Made by a program: the position numbers and the translations under genes. This document shows, piece after piece, positions 34,115 to 46,050 of a stretch of DNA of 64,000 bases (its first letter is position 1; every line of letters starts with the position of its first letter). The stretch is taken from assembly GCA_013265495.1 (NCBI GenBank), contig MU061578.1:4041308-4105307 (forward strand), read 5' to 3'. A model generated the notes under the pieces. It was not told the DNA's origin. It worked only from the letters and a program-made list of their open reading frames with translations, and did no database searches. The DNA comes from Vicugna vicugna (lineage: Eukaryota).

Positions 34115-34520
34115 TTTCAGTCAAAACAATGCAGCGCGCATGCGCCGCGCAGGCCCGCCCCCGCCCCTCCGGATCTCCCCCCTCGCGAGCCCACCCGCGC
34201 CCCCCGCCCGGACGACCACGCCCTCCGTCCACGCCACGCCCTCTGACCACGCCCCCACCCAACACCAAGCGCAGTGGGCGGCCCCGGGAGCCTCCCGGTA
34301 TCCCGCGTCTAGCGGAGACCCACGAGAACCCCAGACCCCGCCAAACTCCGAGCCCGCCGCCTTGGAGCGGGTAGCCCTATCCATGCGGGCCTCCCCCGCC
34401 TCCCAAGTTCACAGCCCATCGTGCACTTGGTCGGCCCCCAGCCCGGCTGCCACCTTAACCCCACCACTGCTGCCCCTCGCACTCTGCACGCCCTGACAGC
34501 GCGCTGCGCGACCCCGAAGT
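33760..34520 (-). promoter_or_regulatory. UNKL CpG-island promoter
   Basis: Dense CpG; NRF1 palindrome GCGCATGCGC at 34136-34145; several GC/KLF boxes (CCCGCCC, CCACGCCC) upstream of the ATG. Confidence 0.85.
34038..34114 (-). CDS. UNKL: UNKL exon 1 (coding part)
   Basis: ATG at 34114, MPSVSKAAAAALSGSPPQTEKPTHYR, donor AG|GTCAGT. Confidence 0.96.
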
Positions 34521-37196
34521 GGAGTTAGCAATGGAGCCCACAGGTCCCGTGGAGAGACTGCGCCCAGGTTACTCACCCTCACCTTTTCTCGTTCATCGAC
34601 TCTGACCCCTGGGCTGGGTGCTGAGACCGCAAAGGATGGCTCCAGTTGCTTAGGGCTGGGTGTGGGAGAGTTGAGGGGAAAGGAGGCCTGACTGCTTATG
34701 GGTACGGGGTTTCTTTCAAGACTAAAAATTAGACTGTAGTAATGGTTACCCCCTGTGAGTATACCAAATATTTTCAATTGCATACTTTAAGTGGGTGAAT
34801 TGATTAATACGTGAACTACATATCAATAAAGCTGATTTTTAAAAATCCAAGAGGCTCACAGTCAAGGGGCACATACACACCCATATTACGCACCCCACCA
34901 CCAGTTACCAACGGAGTTAACAGAGTGTGGGAACTCAGGGAGGAAGGCAGCAGCTGCCACCCACCACCCTCACTTCCATCAAGGCCAGGAGTACATTATT
35001 TTGTAAACATGTATCATAAGAGACATTCTTTTAAATGTTAAATGTTAGTAATTTTTTATGCAAATTGAAACAAGGAAGAGCCTATAAAGCAGGCAGACTT
35101 GTTCTGAACTGCAACCTGCAACAAGTGCAGGTGACCTGCAGCAAGACAAGCCCTTGAAGGCAAGTGTGGCTGGGAGGGTGAACAGGAAAATTTTATGGAA
35201 AATAATTTGTTCCATTTCTAGAAACTGACCTAAAATAAAAATCAGATTCAGACCAAAATTTATGTACAAAGATAATTATCAGTTATTCAGCAAAAACTTA
35301 AAAGAGCACCTTATAGAGAATAACAATGTTTCCTGAGAATTGTGACATGAAAAATGCTACTTAAGTGAGAAAACATAGCAAGATGTAACAGTTCCATACA
35401 TTCGTTCCCAAGTATGTATCTTATTTTTTTTTTTGAAATAAAGTAACACAGTAAAATAACAAAAACTATCACTTGCTGGTGGGATGAATGACCTTCTTCT
35501 CATGTTCACATATTCTAAATGAGTTACTACCTCTAAAAACAGTACATTTAAACCTGGAAATTAAAATGGCAAGAAATCAACAACATAGCATTTTTTAAAG
35601 AAAATCAAGCAGGAGAATGAAGCAGGGCCCAGGAATTATTTGGAGGAGGAATAAACAGATCTCTTAGACTGCCAGGATGCAAGGAATGAGAAGGAAGTCT
35701 AGGATAATTTCAAGGTCCCAGTTGGGAGGGATACAGAACAAAGAAACAGGTTTAGGGAGAGATTAATTCTGTTTTGGACCTAAGGAGTTTGAGGAACTTG
35801 TAAAATCTAGAAAGATGTACTGAGAGCCACCTTAAGCTCAAAAAAGGAAGTTGGGGGCTCAAGATAAAGAAATGTAGGGATCTTTGCTGTAGAGGTGGGA
35901 GTCAGGATACCCACTGATCCTCCTCACCCAAAAGGCATCTTCCTTGAAGAGATCAAAGAGAATTGTGATAGGCTGTAAAGGTTTAGTGTGGTTTTTTTAG
36001 TGTTTTTTTAAGAATGTTCTTAAAAGGCTAGGGTAATACCCAAACATTTAAAATAACACTAGGGTTCTCATTTTATGTGTTTTATTTTGGGGTAAGTGGG
36101 AGGAACACATGGCACTGCCAGAACCTTCCAGCTCAGCAGCTTAAAAGATGTGAGACCATCTATCTAGGTAACTACTTCCTTGGTTTTTTTATAAACAATT
36201 TTTTCCTCCTTCCCAGCAAAGAGTTCACAGTGGTTACCTCTAGGTGCTGGGATTATTAGTATTTCTGATTCTCTTCCTTTGATTTATGACAGTGTCTAAC
36301 TTTTCCCGATAAATCATATTGCTTTTGTCATATGAGAATTAATTAAATTTTAATTAATTAAATTTCATTTTAATTAAAATGAAAGTTCTTCTCACTAGTT
36401 ATGACTTTTTATTCTTGCAAGAGCTAGTGAGAGTAACTAAGGGTTCCAATTTGAATGACTGTTGCTCATACAGATGGTTCACGACCAAACAGGTCACAAC
36501 CATGCCAGGCCAGAGAAAGGATGTCTTAGTCCTTTGCTCTCAGTGAGTAAAGATGTAGCTGAGCCATGATTAGATCAATCTTTCCAAATCTTGGTCTCTA
36601 CATCTTTAAAAACTGAATATACTTGTCTCAGCCCCCACCTCCTTAACAAGCACAATTTATCAAGGCAGGACAGACAGAGCAAAGAGGCCTTGTGCAAAGC
36701 CAGCACACTGCCATGTAGGCACTGGTCTTCAAACATCTGAGTAAGAAAAATTTTCAATTACCTTTAGCACCAAAGACATGCCAAGACAAGATAAAAACCT
36801 CCCACTAGAAGCTTTAGTGAATAAAATCTCCCCTTTATGCATTTCGTATTTAATTCAGGATTAAAGTTTCCTACTGAGTAGTACCTGAAAAAATATCATT
36901 TAGATACCCAAAATATTGCCTGTAATTTGTCAGTAGAAATACTTACCTATTTTATTCTACTCAGAAAGTTGTTGCCTTGTTAAAAAAATAAAAATGTATA
37001 GAGAGCTGAGAAAGTTCATTATTTCTAGTATTGTTTGATAATGACAATTTACATTTAGGTTTCTTTCCTCAGTTCCTATTTTGGAAAAATAAAAGAAAAA
37101 TAAAATAATTGAAAAGACTACAAGGCTCCCCTTTTTCAATGAAATGCCAAAAAAGAAGAAAAAAAATTGGCTTAATTCCACATTACCAAATAAAAA

Positions 37197-37202
37197 TTTA
37201 TT
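37197..37202 (-). terminator. Candidate poly(A) signal of UQCC4
   Basis: AATAAA on the minus strand about 450 nt after the stop, followed by T-rich sequence. Confidence 0.6.
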
Positions 37203-37648
37203 GTCAATCTGTTAGTTTGTAAGAGTCATATCAATTTATAGACATCACAGTACACTATAAAATGCAAAGTTTGACTCTTTTGCCAGTTATTCTGCCTCAG
37301 AAAGCCATCGACCTGCAAAGTGGATTACACTGAATTACAAGTGTCACCAGAATTGCTTTGGAAACATGATAATGTTATACAAAGACACCACAAATCCAAC
37401 AGTACACGCTGCAAACAAAACCTTTTCTATGGACCGGAAGTCTTTTGGAGGTACTTGACGGCCATCAAGTATCAGGCAAGGAGCGGTTCCGATCTGCTGA
37501 CATTCTGCTCTGCCTACAACAGGACTGCGTAGCCAGGCGCACCATTTAAGTCCTTCAGTCTAGGGATGCATATAACCAGGTCAGAAACGCTCAAACGCGA
37601 CGTCAAAGCCTAAGGGCAGATGCCTGTTCCCTCGCTGCTGGCGCCCCA

Positions 37649-38132
37649 TTAAGATCTCGCCCCGTGGGCCACCGGAGTTCCAGACTCCTCAGAACCATCG
37701 CTGGACTCTGACACCTCTTCTAACAATGTCTGTCTTAACCACCCGTCCGCGCTGGTCTCCTGCCTAAGGAAGCACCAGATGACCAGAGCCATGAGAGACA
37801 AGCCGAAGGGCAGCACTTTCCACCAGGGCTTCTGGTGCTTCTTGCCCAGGGAGTGCTCCACCGTCCAACGGAACGGGCTGGCTTTGCTGGAGGAAAACTG
37901 AACGGGGCGGTTAGAGTCGTCCTCTTCCTCGCCCTCAACCGCGGGCTGGCCTCCAGCCCGGCCACCGGGCGGTGGATGCAGGCTTCGGGAAGCCCCACTC
38001 ACAAGCCTCAGCGCCCAGACCGCCCTGGAAGAGAGACAGCAGTGAGCGCGCCCGCCTGTCGCTCCCGCCCTAAGTCCCGCGGAGACCGCGCTAAGCTCAC
38101 CGGGCCGTGGGCACACACAGGACACAGTTCAT
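37649..38132 (-). CDS. UQCC4: UQCC4/C16orf91 (CCSMST1), mitochondrial complex III assembly factor, 135 aa; join(38101..38132,37649..38024)
   Basis: [28 protein letters not shown]...[52 protein letters not shown] (single TM); 76-nt GT-AG intron at 38025-38100; position between UNKL and CCDC154. Confidence 0.92.
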
Positions 38133-38139
38133 CACGACC

Positions 38140-38400
38140 CCGGCTCCGCACTCGGCGCCGCAGCGCACAGAGTTTGCGTCACTTCCGTCGCTTGAAACAG
38201 GAAGCCAGGCGCCGTTCTGGGCCTCCGCTCACGACTACAGAACGTGGGCCCACTCGCGCAACGGAAATGACGCGCATCCCCCGGGGGCCTCTTCCTTTGC
38301 AGGCCCTCCCGCCTCCTCCCGGGCTGGCAGGGTGGGCATGCCGGGAAATGTAGTTCACCACCAGCTGGAAGAGGAACGAGCCGCGCCACCCGTCTGGGCT
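38140..38400. promoter_or_regulatory. UQCC4 CpG promoter
   Basis: Inverted ETS-CRE composites GCGTCACTTCCG (38176-38187) and CGGAAATGACGC (38262-38273); ZNF143-type GCATGCCGGGAAATGTAGT (38336-38354). Confidence 0.8.
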
Positions 38401-38656
38401 TGAAGCCTGCGGGCATGGAGGAACTATTGGCGTAGTCTATCTGAGGAGCTCGCCTCAGAGTGGGTCTCCTCATCGGCCAGGCACGCCTGAGATCGGCGCC
38501 TGGGGCCCACACCTCGCCCTGCTCCTGCCGTGCCAGGGCAGCCCCTGGAAGACTCCTCCCCATCGCAATGCTTCGAAGTTTTGCTCTCTTCATTGGACTT
38601 TTCAGCCACAGGGACATCTTGCTACCTGCCACACAGTGGCGGGCCCTCACCCAGCC

Positions 38657-39252
38657 CTGCCGAAGGAGAATTAATAAAATGGCGGCACTTAGGCTAACAG
38701 ATTGTTTATTGTTATGCTTGCTCTTAAACTGGCCAACTAACCTGACTGGTTTCTGTTCTCAACTCCAGGTCCATTGTTAAAATGAAGCTATTAGTTTTAC
38801 TGTCTCTGCTTTATTCCAGTAATTGAAAGCAATAATCATACTTGGTTTCTGAGTTGTTCTCCAGGGAGAAGGTTATGGGACTGTAACCTTACAAAATACC
38901 CTGAATTACCAAGAAAAGGATGCCATGGGCACTTACAAGGTAGAGATCAAAAGAGTGACAATCACTATCCTCTATAGAATTGGTCACCTGTAGACACCAT
39001 GACGGCACTCTGAGTCATGAGGAAAAAAAATAATTCTATTGATTGGTATTGATGCTTTATTGTTTAAACTATGGCTGTATAATAACCCTTCCCCATCCCC
39101 AAGATGGGTTCACAGTTTTGAAGGCGGTAGCCTGCTTTCAGTCCCCTTTGCCCAGCAAAGTAATAAAGCTATTTCTTTTCTTCTATACTCTAAGACCATG
39201 TCTTTGAGTATCAGTTCGTCTCGTCAGGGACAGGGCCGATCTTTCGGCAACG
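38657..39252 (+). mobile_element. ERV1-type solo LTR
   Basis: Inverted ends TGCCGAA...TTCGGCAAC, TATA-like TGTATAATAA, AATAAAGCT poly(A) signal, about 590 bp. Confidence 0.65.
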
Positions 39253-39759
39253 CTGGAGCTTTCCATTGCTCTGTGCTGCGCCAGAACAGCAGCGTCTACA
39301 CAAACCGCCCTCCCAGACAGGCATTTCCCTGTACTGCTTAGCCACAAGGCTTCAATCCCTCACCCACTGCAGCAGGGCTACCCAGGGCTCTCACCAAGAA
39401 ACCCGCAGGCACTCGGACACATCTCCCTCTCCAGGACAGTGGAACCACGTGTGCAGGGCTTAGCACGCCATCTTTGTGCATGGAAGCTGCAGCATATGCT
39501 TGTGGAACCTTCCAGTCCACCTTCAGGAGTCAGGCCTCCGGGTCTCCCTCAGGCAGTCCTGGGGCTCACTGTCTACCCAGTTCCCCAGTTAGGTTCATAG
39601 GGAAGCTGCTGGAACCTTCTGCTTTCAAGGAAAACTGGCCCTGGCTGTGCTGAGCCGTCATGTCTGAAGACCACTTAGGAGTGCCCAGGCACCATCATGA
39701 TGTGTTGGGGTGGGGGGTGGGGAGACTTGGTGACAGATCACAAGGCCACCTCGTGAACT

Positions 39760-40242
39760 GGGTCGATTGAAAAAAAAAAGGACAACCTGAAGAGTTGTGA
39801 GCTAAGTTTCATTTGGGGCAAAATAAGAACCATAGCCTAGGAGACAGCCTCTCAGGGTAGCTCTGAGGAACTCCTGCAAAGAGGTAGAGGGGAGATCAGT
39901 ATATATGAGATTTTAGTGAAGGGGGTACAAGCAATCAAGCACATATTTTGGCAGAAGGTTGTTGCTAGTCACAGAAAGGTTACTGCTAGTTCTGAGGAGT
40001 GGGTGTCCCCGTTAATTGTTTTAATGCTTTTCTAAGTATGAGAAGATGCAAGAAATTGGGTTCATAAAATTTTCTCCTGAACATATCTAACTATCTATAG
40101 GACTGGTCTGCCAGTTTTTCCCAGAGCACAGAATGCCTCCTTCCTGAAAGGAGTTCAGGGTGTGTTGAAGGTCAGTGACTACGGCGGCTAGTGACTTAAC
40201 CCTTGAAGCGGCAGATGGCAAGTGACAATTTTTACTTGGCAA
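39760..40242. mobile_element. ERV1 LTR (MER41-like)
   Basis: GGAGACAGCCTCTCAG..TAGCTCTGAG, ATCAAGCACA, TGCTTTTCTAAGTATGAGAAGATGCAAGAA, CAGATGGCAAGTG. Confidence 0.65.
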
Positions 40243-41604
40243 CTAGAATGTTCTACCTCCCTAGTTCAGCATCTTTGCCTCTGGAACATCTCCTGCGCCT
40301 GCTTTCTGGCAGGAGAAGCACCAGCCTCGGGACAAAGTTCTTCACCTCCAGGAACTCTAGAGACACAAGAGCAAGGGTGATGGGCTGGAGGTGTTCCTAG
40401 CTCGGCAACATCTGGGAGATCTCCTCACCCCGGGAAGCCCGATCCTGAACGTCTGGTAGCGGCTCAGCTCCAGACCCAGGACTGTGTTCAGAGCTGCTGT
40501 GTCAACAAAGGCACCTGTGTGCCCACATCCTCCTCATTGGGCCCCGCCCCATCTGTTCCACCCTAGAACTCCACCCAGAATCACTGCCAAAGCAATTCGA
40601 CCAGAGGGATCCCCAGGAGCACCTGCTGTGGGCAGGAGGAGGGGGCTTGAAGAGGGGGGAGGATGAGCCAGAATCATTCTGCTGTGCAACCTGTAGGGCT
40701 TCCTGGAGGAGGTAGAGATCAAAGATCCCTGAGATAAAGTGTGGAGCTGCTGACGGTGGCTGATGCAGCCACCTGGTTGCTATGTTTTAGAGTATCTGGG
40801 CACAAGCTCACTTGGGAGAGCAGAAGGGGCACAGAGCTGGGGGGCAGGGGCTGGGGCTTCAGCCCCGGGCAGGGTGGCCTCCAAAGTGCCACCAACCCAC
40901 CTCGGTCTCAATGACTGCCTTGGACAAGGACAGAAATAAAACACCTTGGATGGGCACTTAACCCCTGGAGCTTGCGCTTCCTCAGATGTAAAACGGGTGT
41001 TTTGCATCCTTCGAGGACTGGTGCTATGCCCAAGAGGCCTTTGGCAAGTCCCTAGGACAGCTGTTAAGATTGAAAACATGATGGTGTGGAAATGGCCTTC
41101 CATCCTAAGGCAGTGGAGGGCACCTTTACTGCCCCCAGGTTCCTAGGGATGCTCTAAGGCTGGAGTCTGGGAGGAGCCACACATGCTCACAACAAAGAAT
41201 CAGCAAATCCACGTGTCCAAAGGACCCCCTCCTCAGTTCTCAACTCCTGCTGCTACTGGTCTTCATTCTAGGTAAGTGCATGATGCAAAGGACACAGGTC
41301 CTGTAGAGTCTGAAGAGGCCGGCAGGCCCTAATCTCTGGGCTCTGGCCTGGTGTCAGATCTGGGCTCTCCCATAGGACATAATTTCAGAGAATGTCCGTG
41401 TTGGACCAGGCCATACTGTGACCACGATGGCTCAGGACAAACAAGACCCCCATAATCAGATCCAAACGGAGACAAAACATGGACACGGCCCAAACCTCAA
41501 AAAGACCAAATACCCCTGTCCTGGCTGATGGGAGGGACCTGGTCCTTTACCAGCCGTGGCTGGGGCCTTGCCTAGTCTGCCCTCCTAGACGACATGTATT
41601 AAGA

Positions 41605-42022
41605 TGCTATCCTGGACTGAATGATGTCCCCCCAAATTCACATCCCCCCAAAGACTCATTGCGTAACTTTATTTGGAAATAGGGTCTTTATGGATGTAAT
41701 TAGTTAAAATGATGTCAAACTGGATAGGGTGGACCCTAATCCAGTGATTGGTGTGCTTATAAGTGGAGAAGAGGCCCAGAGACACACAGGGGAGAAGCCT
41801 TGTGAAAAGGCAGGCAGAGGCTGGCATGATACAACCACCAACCCAGGAGTGCTGAGGATTGCCGGCTATGCCTCTCTCTAGGAGAAAGGCCTGGAAAAGA
41901 TTCTCCCCTAGAGCCTTCATGGTTTCAGATCTCTGGTCTCCAGAACTGTGAGAAATTAACTTTCCGTTGTTTTAAACTCCCCGTGAGTGGTGCTTGGCTG
42001 CGGCAGCCCCAGGAGACTAGTT
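41605..42022 (+). mobile_element. MLT1 LTR
   Basis: TTATTTGGAAATAGGGTCTTTA..GATGTAATTAGTTAA..GGGTGGACCCTAATCCA..CCAGAACTGTGAGA. Confidence 0.75.
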
Positions 42023-42934
42023 CAACGCCCAGCAGTCATCCTGCTCTGGACAGCAGGCACCCAGAGCAGGGTGCTCACCCAGCACTGAGCCCTTTCTAAC
42101 GTCTGACCCCTGAGACACCCACGTCCAGTGCTATGAATTCTCCTTTGCTTAAACCCACCTTGTTCCAAGACACGTGTATCCCAGGGAATCTTGGCCGGAG
42201 GGCAACAACAGCCCCAAATGCTGTGGTTTACTTGACTCTCCGATGCGATGGAGCCTAGAGTGGGAAAAGCCATCACCAGATGCATCTGGGGCCCCCCTCC
42301 CTGACCCCAGCAAGTCTCAGCAGGGTGCTGGGTGACAGGTGCCCTGCACTGCCAGTGATGCCTGCTCTTGTCCAAGTCCCCCTTCCTCCCCCTTCTCCTC
42401 CCTTCTCTCCCTCCTCCACCTCCTCCCCACCAGGGGTATAAACCAACACCTTAGCCTTCATTATCTCAAAGCACACAGAGAAACCTCACACGAGGCCTAA
42501 TGTCCCACTAATGGGCAGGAGGCTGCCGCCCTTGTGTGCCCGATGGCAGGAGTAATTTACTGTAGCGCCACTTGAGAGCTGACATATTGGAGCTATTGAT
42601 TTTCCCTGAGGAAGATCAATAAGGGATGCGTGGGGACAGGCAGGTCCCCCACATTTGGAAGGGCAGAGCCTTTCTCCTGGGGACCAAGGCCTGACAGCAG
42701 GGGCACGGGCTGGTGCGGGAGGGTAGGCACAGACCTCTGAAGGCCCCTCGAGGCCCACAATGGGAGGCCAGCTGGGACAAGATGCTGGGGCATCTGCTCT
42801 GGCCCCAAGCCTGGCAGCCTGAGTGCCTTGGCCCCCGGCCCCACCCAAGGGCCCCATGGGCGCAGGAGGCTTGGGACGCCCAGGCCACTCGGCCTGGCCC
42901 TGGCTGGCCACACAACACCAGGCTGGACATATTT

Positions 42935-43315
42935 GGGCAGTGATTCTAGGATAGTGTTTCTCTCCACCAACCAGGGGTCTCCTCAGGCTGCCATACCCTA
43001 ACCCAGCACTCTGGAGGCTCCAGGGGTGAATCCCTTTGTTTTTGAGATTCTAGAGGCCACTGTGTTACTTGGCTTGAGGCCCCTTCCACCTACAAAGCCA
43101 ACAGTTACCCTCTGCTTCTGTCCACACCTCCCCACAACTGGACCCTCCTGCCTCCCTCTGGGAGACATGCCCATGGGATAGCCCAGGACCATCTCTCGTC
43201 TTAGAGTCCTTACCTCAGTCACCTCCGCTGGGTCACTTTGCCAAGTGAGATGACATGAAGTGATTCCCAGGGGTTAGGGTGTGGACCTCTTTGGGGATGT
43301 CACTCAACTGACCAC
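42935..43315 (-). mobile_element. MLT1 LTR
   Basis: CTGGAGGCTCCAGGGGTGAATCC..TTCTAGAGGCC..CCAGGGGTTAGGGTGTGGACCTCTTTGGGG. Confidence 0.6.
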
Positions 43316-44811
43316 AGGGGTGCCATCTGCTCGTGACCTGAATCCTTTCCAGGCTGTCCACTGTGCTGGAACACCTCCCCTTCCCCTAGTGTGGCCAGGT
43401 GAGAACTTGTTCCTGTGAGTGCTTGCAAACCACCTCCTCCAGGAAGCCCCCTCTGGCCACACAGGCTGGGGCCTTCTGGAGGGCAAGGCTGCATCTCACT
43501 TCCCTCAGCCCAGCCCCCAGGCCCAGCCAGGGGCCCAGCACAGGTGAGAGCAGAAGATTGACCCAAATGCCCTCCTGGGGCCTCCACCCAGATTGCATTT
43601 CCCTCCTGCCCCTTCAGCCCCACCCTCAAGGGGCTGAGCGAGGCAGGGCAGACCCCAGCCCAGCCTGTCTCCAGCTCCCTCCCAGGTCCTGGCCCTGGCC
43701 GTTCCTGATAGCACTGCAGCTACAACTGGGCAGCTGCTGGGGTCCAGCCCTTGGTCATGGGTGGGTCCTGGTGGGTGCTCCCTGGGCCAGCAGGGGGCAG
43801 GGGCTGTATGTGGACAGAGAGGGAGCCTAGGGGGTCCCAGCAGCCTGGGGAACCACCAGAGACCCTGACCCCCGCCTTCCTCAGTTCTTGGCTGACATCT
43901 TGGTTGTGCTGAGTCAGAGGGAGGCTGGCCATGGCTGCGGCAGGGCCAACCCACAGCCAGGACCTGATAACCGTGTCATCGGACCCCAGCATCTCATGGC
44001 AGAACTGTGGCCATGCCTGAGGTCAGTTTCTGGGGAACAGAAAAATCTGAACTGGATTCATGAGACTGATCCTGGCCAGGACTCACTCTGGGGCGTGGTG
44101 AAGGGGCTGTATTGATCGGTTGTAATCATCAGCCATAGGGAGACCTGGCATGTCACACAACCATGGAGCTGGCATCCTGCCCCTCTGCCTGCAGCCTTAC
44201 CCAGGGGCCTGCCATGGCTCTGCCCTCTGCCACCCCTCTCTCTGGTCCTGCTCCAGGCAAATAACGTGGCTGTGAGATACCAGCAGCTTGGAAGACCCAC
44301 TTGTGGCAGATTATCAGCCTGGACCGGAGTAGATCCCACTCCTGGGGTAGAACTTTTCCTCTCCTGTCACTCCATCAAAGCCAGGTGTCCTGACTACAGG
44401 TGTTGGGTCCTGCAGGTGCCTGAGAAGTCACTGGCAGCACTCAGCAGGGGCAGACCCGCCTGGCAGCCCCCACTTGCAGGAAGGGCCTGGGTCTGCCTAC
44501 ATCCCTTGTGTAATTGGATGTCACTGGGTGGGAGAGGAGTCATACCCTCCAAAGAGGGCGGTGGAACCTGGAGCTGTAGGGGAAGGACCCAGCGAGGGGT
44601 AAGATGGCATCTGTGACCCTCCTGGCCTCCTGGACAGGTGAGCCTCCACAGCTGGAAGGCAGATCTGGGACCAGGAGTGACCATGGGGCACAGGGGCAGG
44701 GCACAAAGTGGGAGGGAGCTGCTGTCCTGTCCCTCACAAGCAGTGGTGGCTTTGGGAGTTCCCCAAGCTGGCACCAAGGGTGGTGGGAGCAATAGACACA
44801 TCTGGTGACTG

Positions 44812-45197
44812 ATGAGGTGGCATAGTGTCCCCAAAACTCATGTCCTTATGTGGAAACAGGGTCATTGCAGTTGTGACTGAATTAAGATGAGGTCATACAG
44901 GGCTGGGGTGGGCCCTCAATCCAAGGACAAGTGTTCTCAAAAGAAGAGGGAAACTTGGACACAGACACCCACGGGGGAACGGTCGCGTGACGATGGAGGC
45001 AGAGATTGGAGAGTCGCAGCTGCAAATCCAGGGAGTGCCAAGGACCTCAGGGGACACCAGAGGCCAGGAGAGAGGCAAAACCTGATAGCACCTCGGTTTT
45101 GGACTTCTAGGTCCTGGAACCTGGAAAGAATCCCTGTCTGTTGTTCTCAGCCACCCAGTTTGTGCTGATTGGTTAGGTGGCCCTGGGACACTCATGC
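44812..45197 (+). mobile_element. MLT1 LTR
   Basis: GGAAACAGGGTCATTGCAG..TTAAGATGAGGTCATAC..GGGTGGGCCCTCAATCCAA. Confidence 0.7.
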
Positions 45198-45719
45198 AGC
45201 AGCACTAGCAGAGGAGCTGGGCCTCTAGAAGGACAGGGTTGGCAGGGTGGCAGGCCTCCTGGGGTCCTGCTCATGGTGTGGTGTCAGTTGGAACCTGCCT
45301 GGGAGGTGCAGTGAAGACGCCTCCAGGCTGGTTCCTTGCAGCTCAGGGCAGGGGGAAGAGGGAAGGGGAAAGGGGGCTACTGAGCCCCTCAGATGAAGGT
45401 ACAGGAACCAAACAAAGGAACCAGAGAAGGGAGGTGCCATCTCAGTCTGGACAGTGAGGATGAAGCCCTGGGACAGCGGGAGGAGGGGTTCAACCAGGCT
45501 GGTTGCAAAAGCACCTACAGCTCTGGACCAGTGGGAAGGGGCAGGAGGGGGCTGGGCAGGGGCTCCAGGGGCCCCACATGCCTAATAAGCCCACTGCCTA
45601 GGCCCTGGCTGGTGGTCCCAGGCCCTCCCTGGCCTTCCCAGGTCCTGCTGCTGGCCCAGAGCCCCCTTCACCTGGAGCGCTGCAGAAGCAGGATGTCCTC
45701 TAGAGAAGGCTACTCCAGA

Positions 45720-46050
45720 AGTCAAAATAGCATGAAATTTAATTTTCCGCCTATTTGACAAGGCTTGGTCCGGGCCCCAATCAGCAGTGGAGATAAGGGT
45801 CCTCGGGGCCCGGGTGGGAGCCAGCTGGGTGAGCGGCAAACACTCCACGGTCCCCAGGCAGGCTGAGGCTCCCCCCGCGGGTCTCTGGTTGCCGGGCGCT
45901 AAAGCAAACGGGCTCTATTTGCCCAGTCTGCGATGACAATGCCGTCACCAAATATTTGCCAGCCCGGGCCGGCCGCGGAGCTGGGTTATAAATGCTTGAG
46001 TCCAGGTGGAGGTGGGCCTGCCCAGCGGGAGCCGCAGGCCTCGGCAGGTA
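45720..46050 (+). promoter_or_regulatory. Probable PERCC1 promoter and short non-coding exon 1 (about 46017-46047)
   Basis: TATAAA 45987-45992; forkhead-like AAGCAAAC and two TATTTGC; GATAAG; local CpG cluster; donor CAG|GTAGGA at 46048. Confidence 0.65.

Noticed and set aside
37649..38125. 158-aa single-exon ORF as the UQCC4 protein
   Set aside because: It starts at a GTG and reads through the 76-nt intron; the ATG at 38132 with splicing gives the expected N-terminus.
38132..38780. ORFs upstream of UQCC4 as extra coding exons
   Set aside because: They run across the promoter and LTR boundary, and I could not support splice sites or homology.
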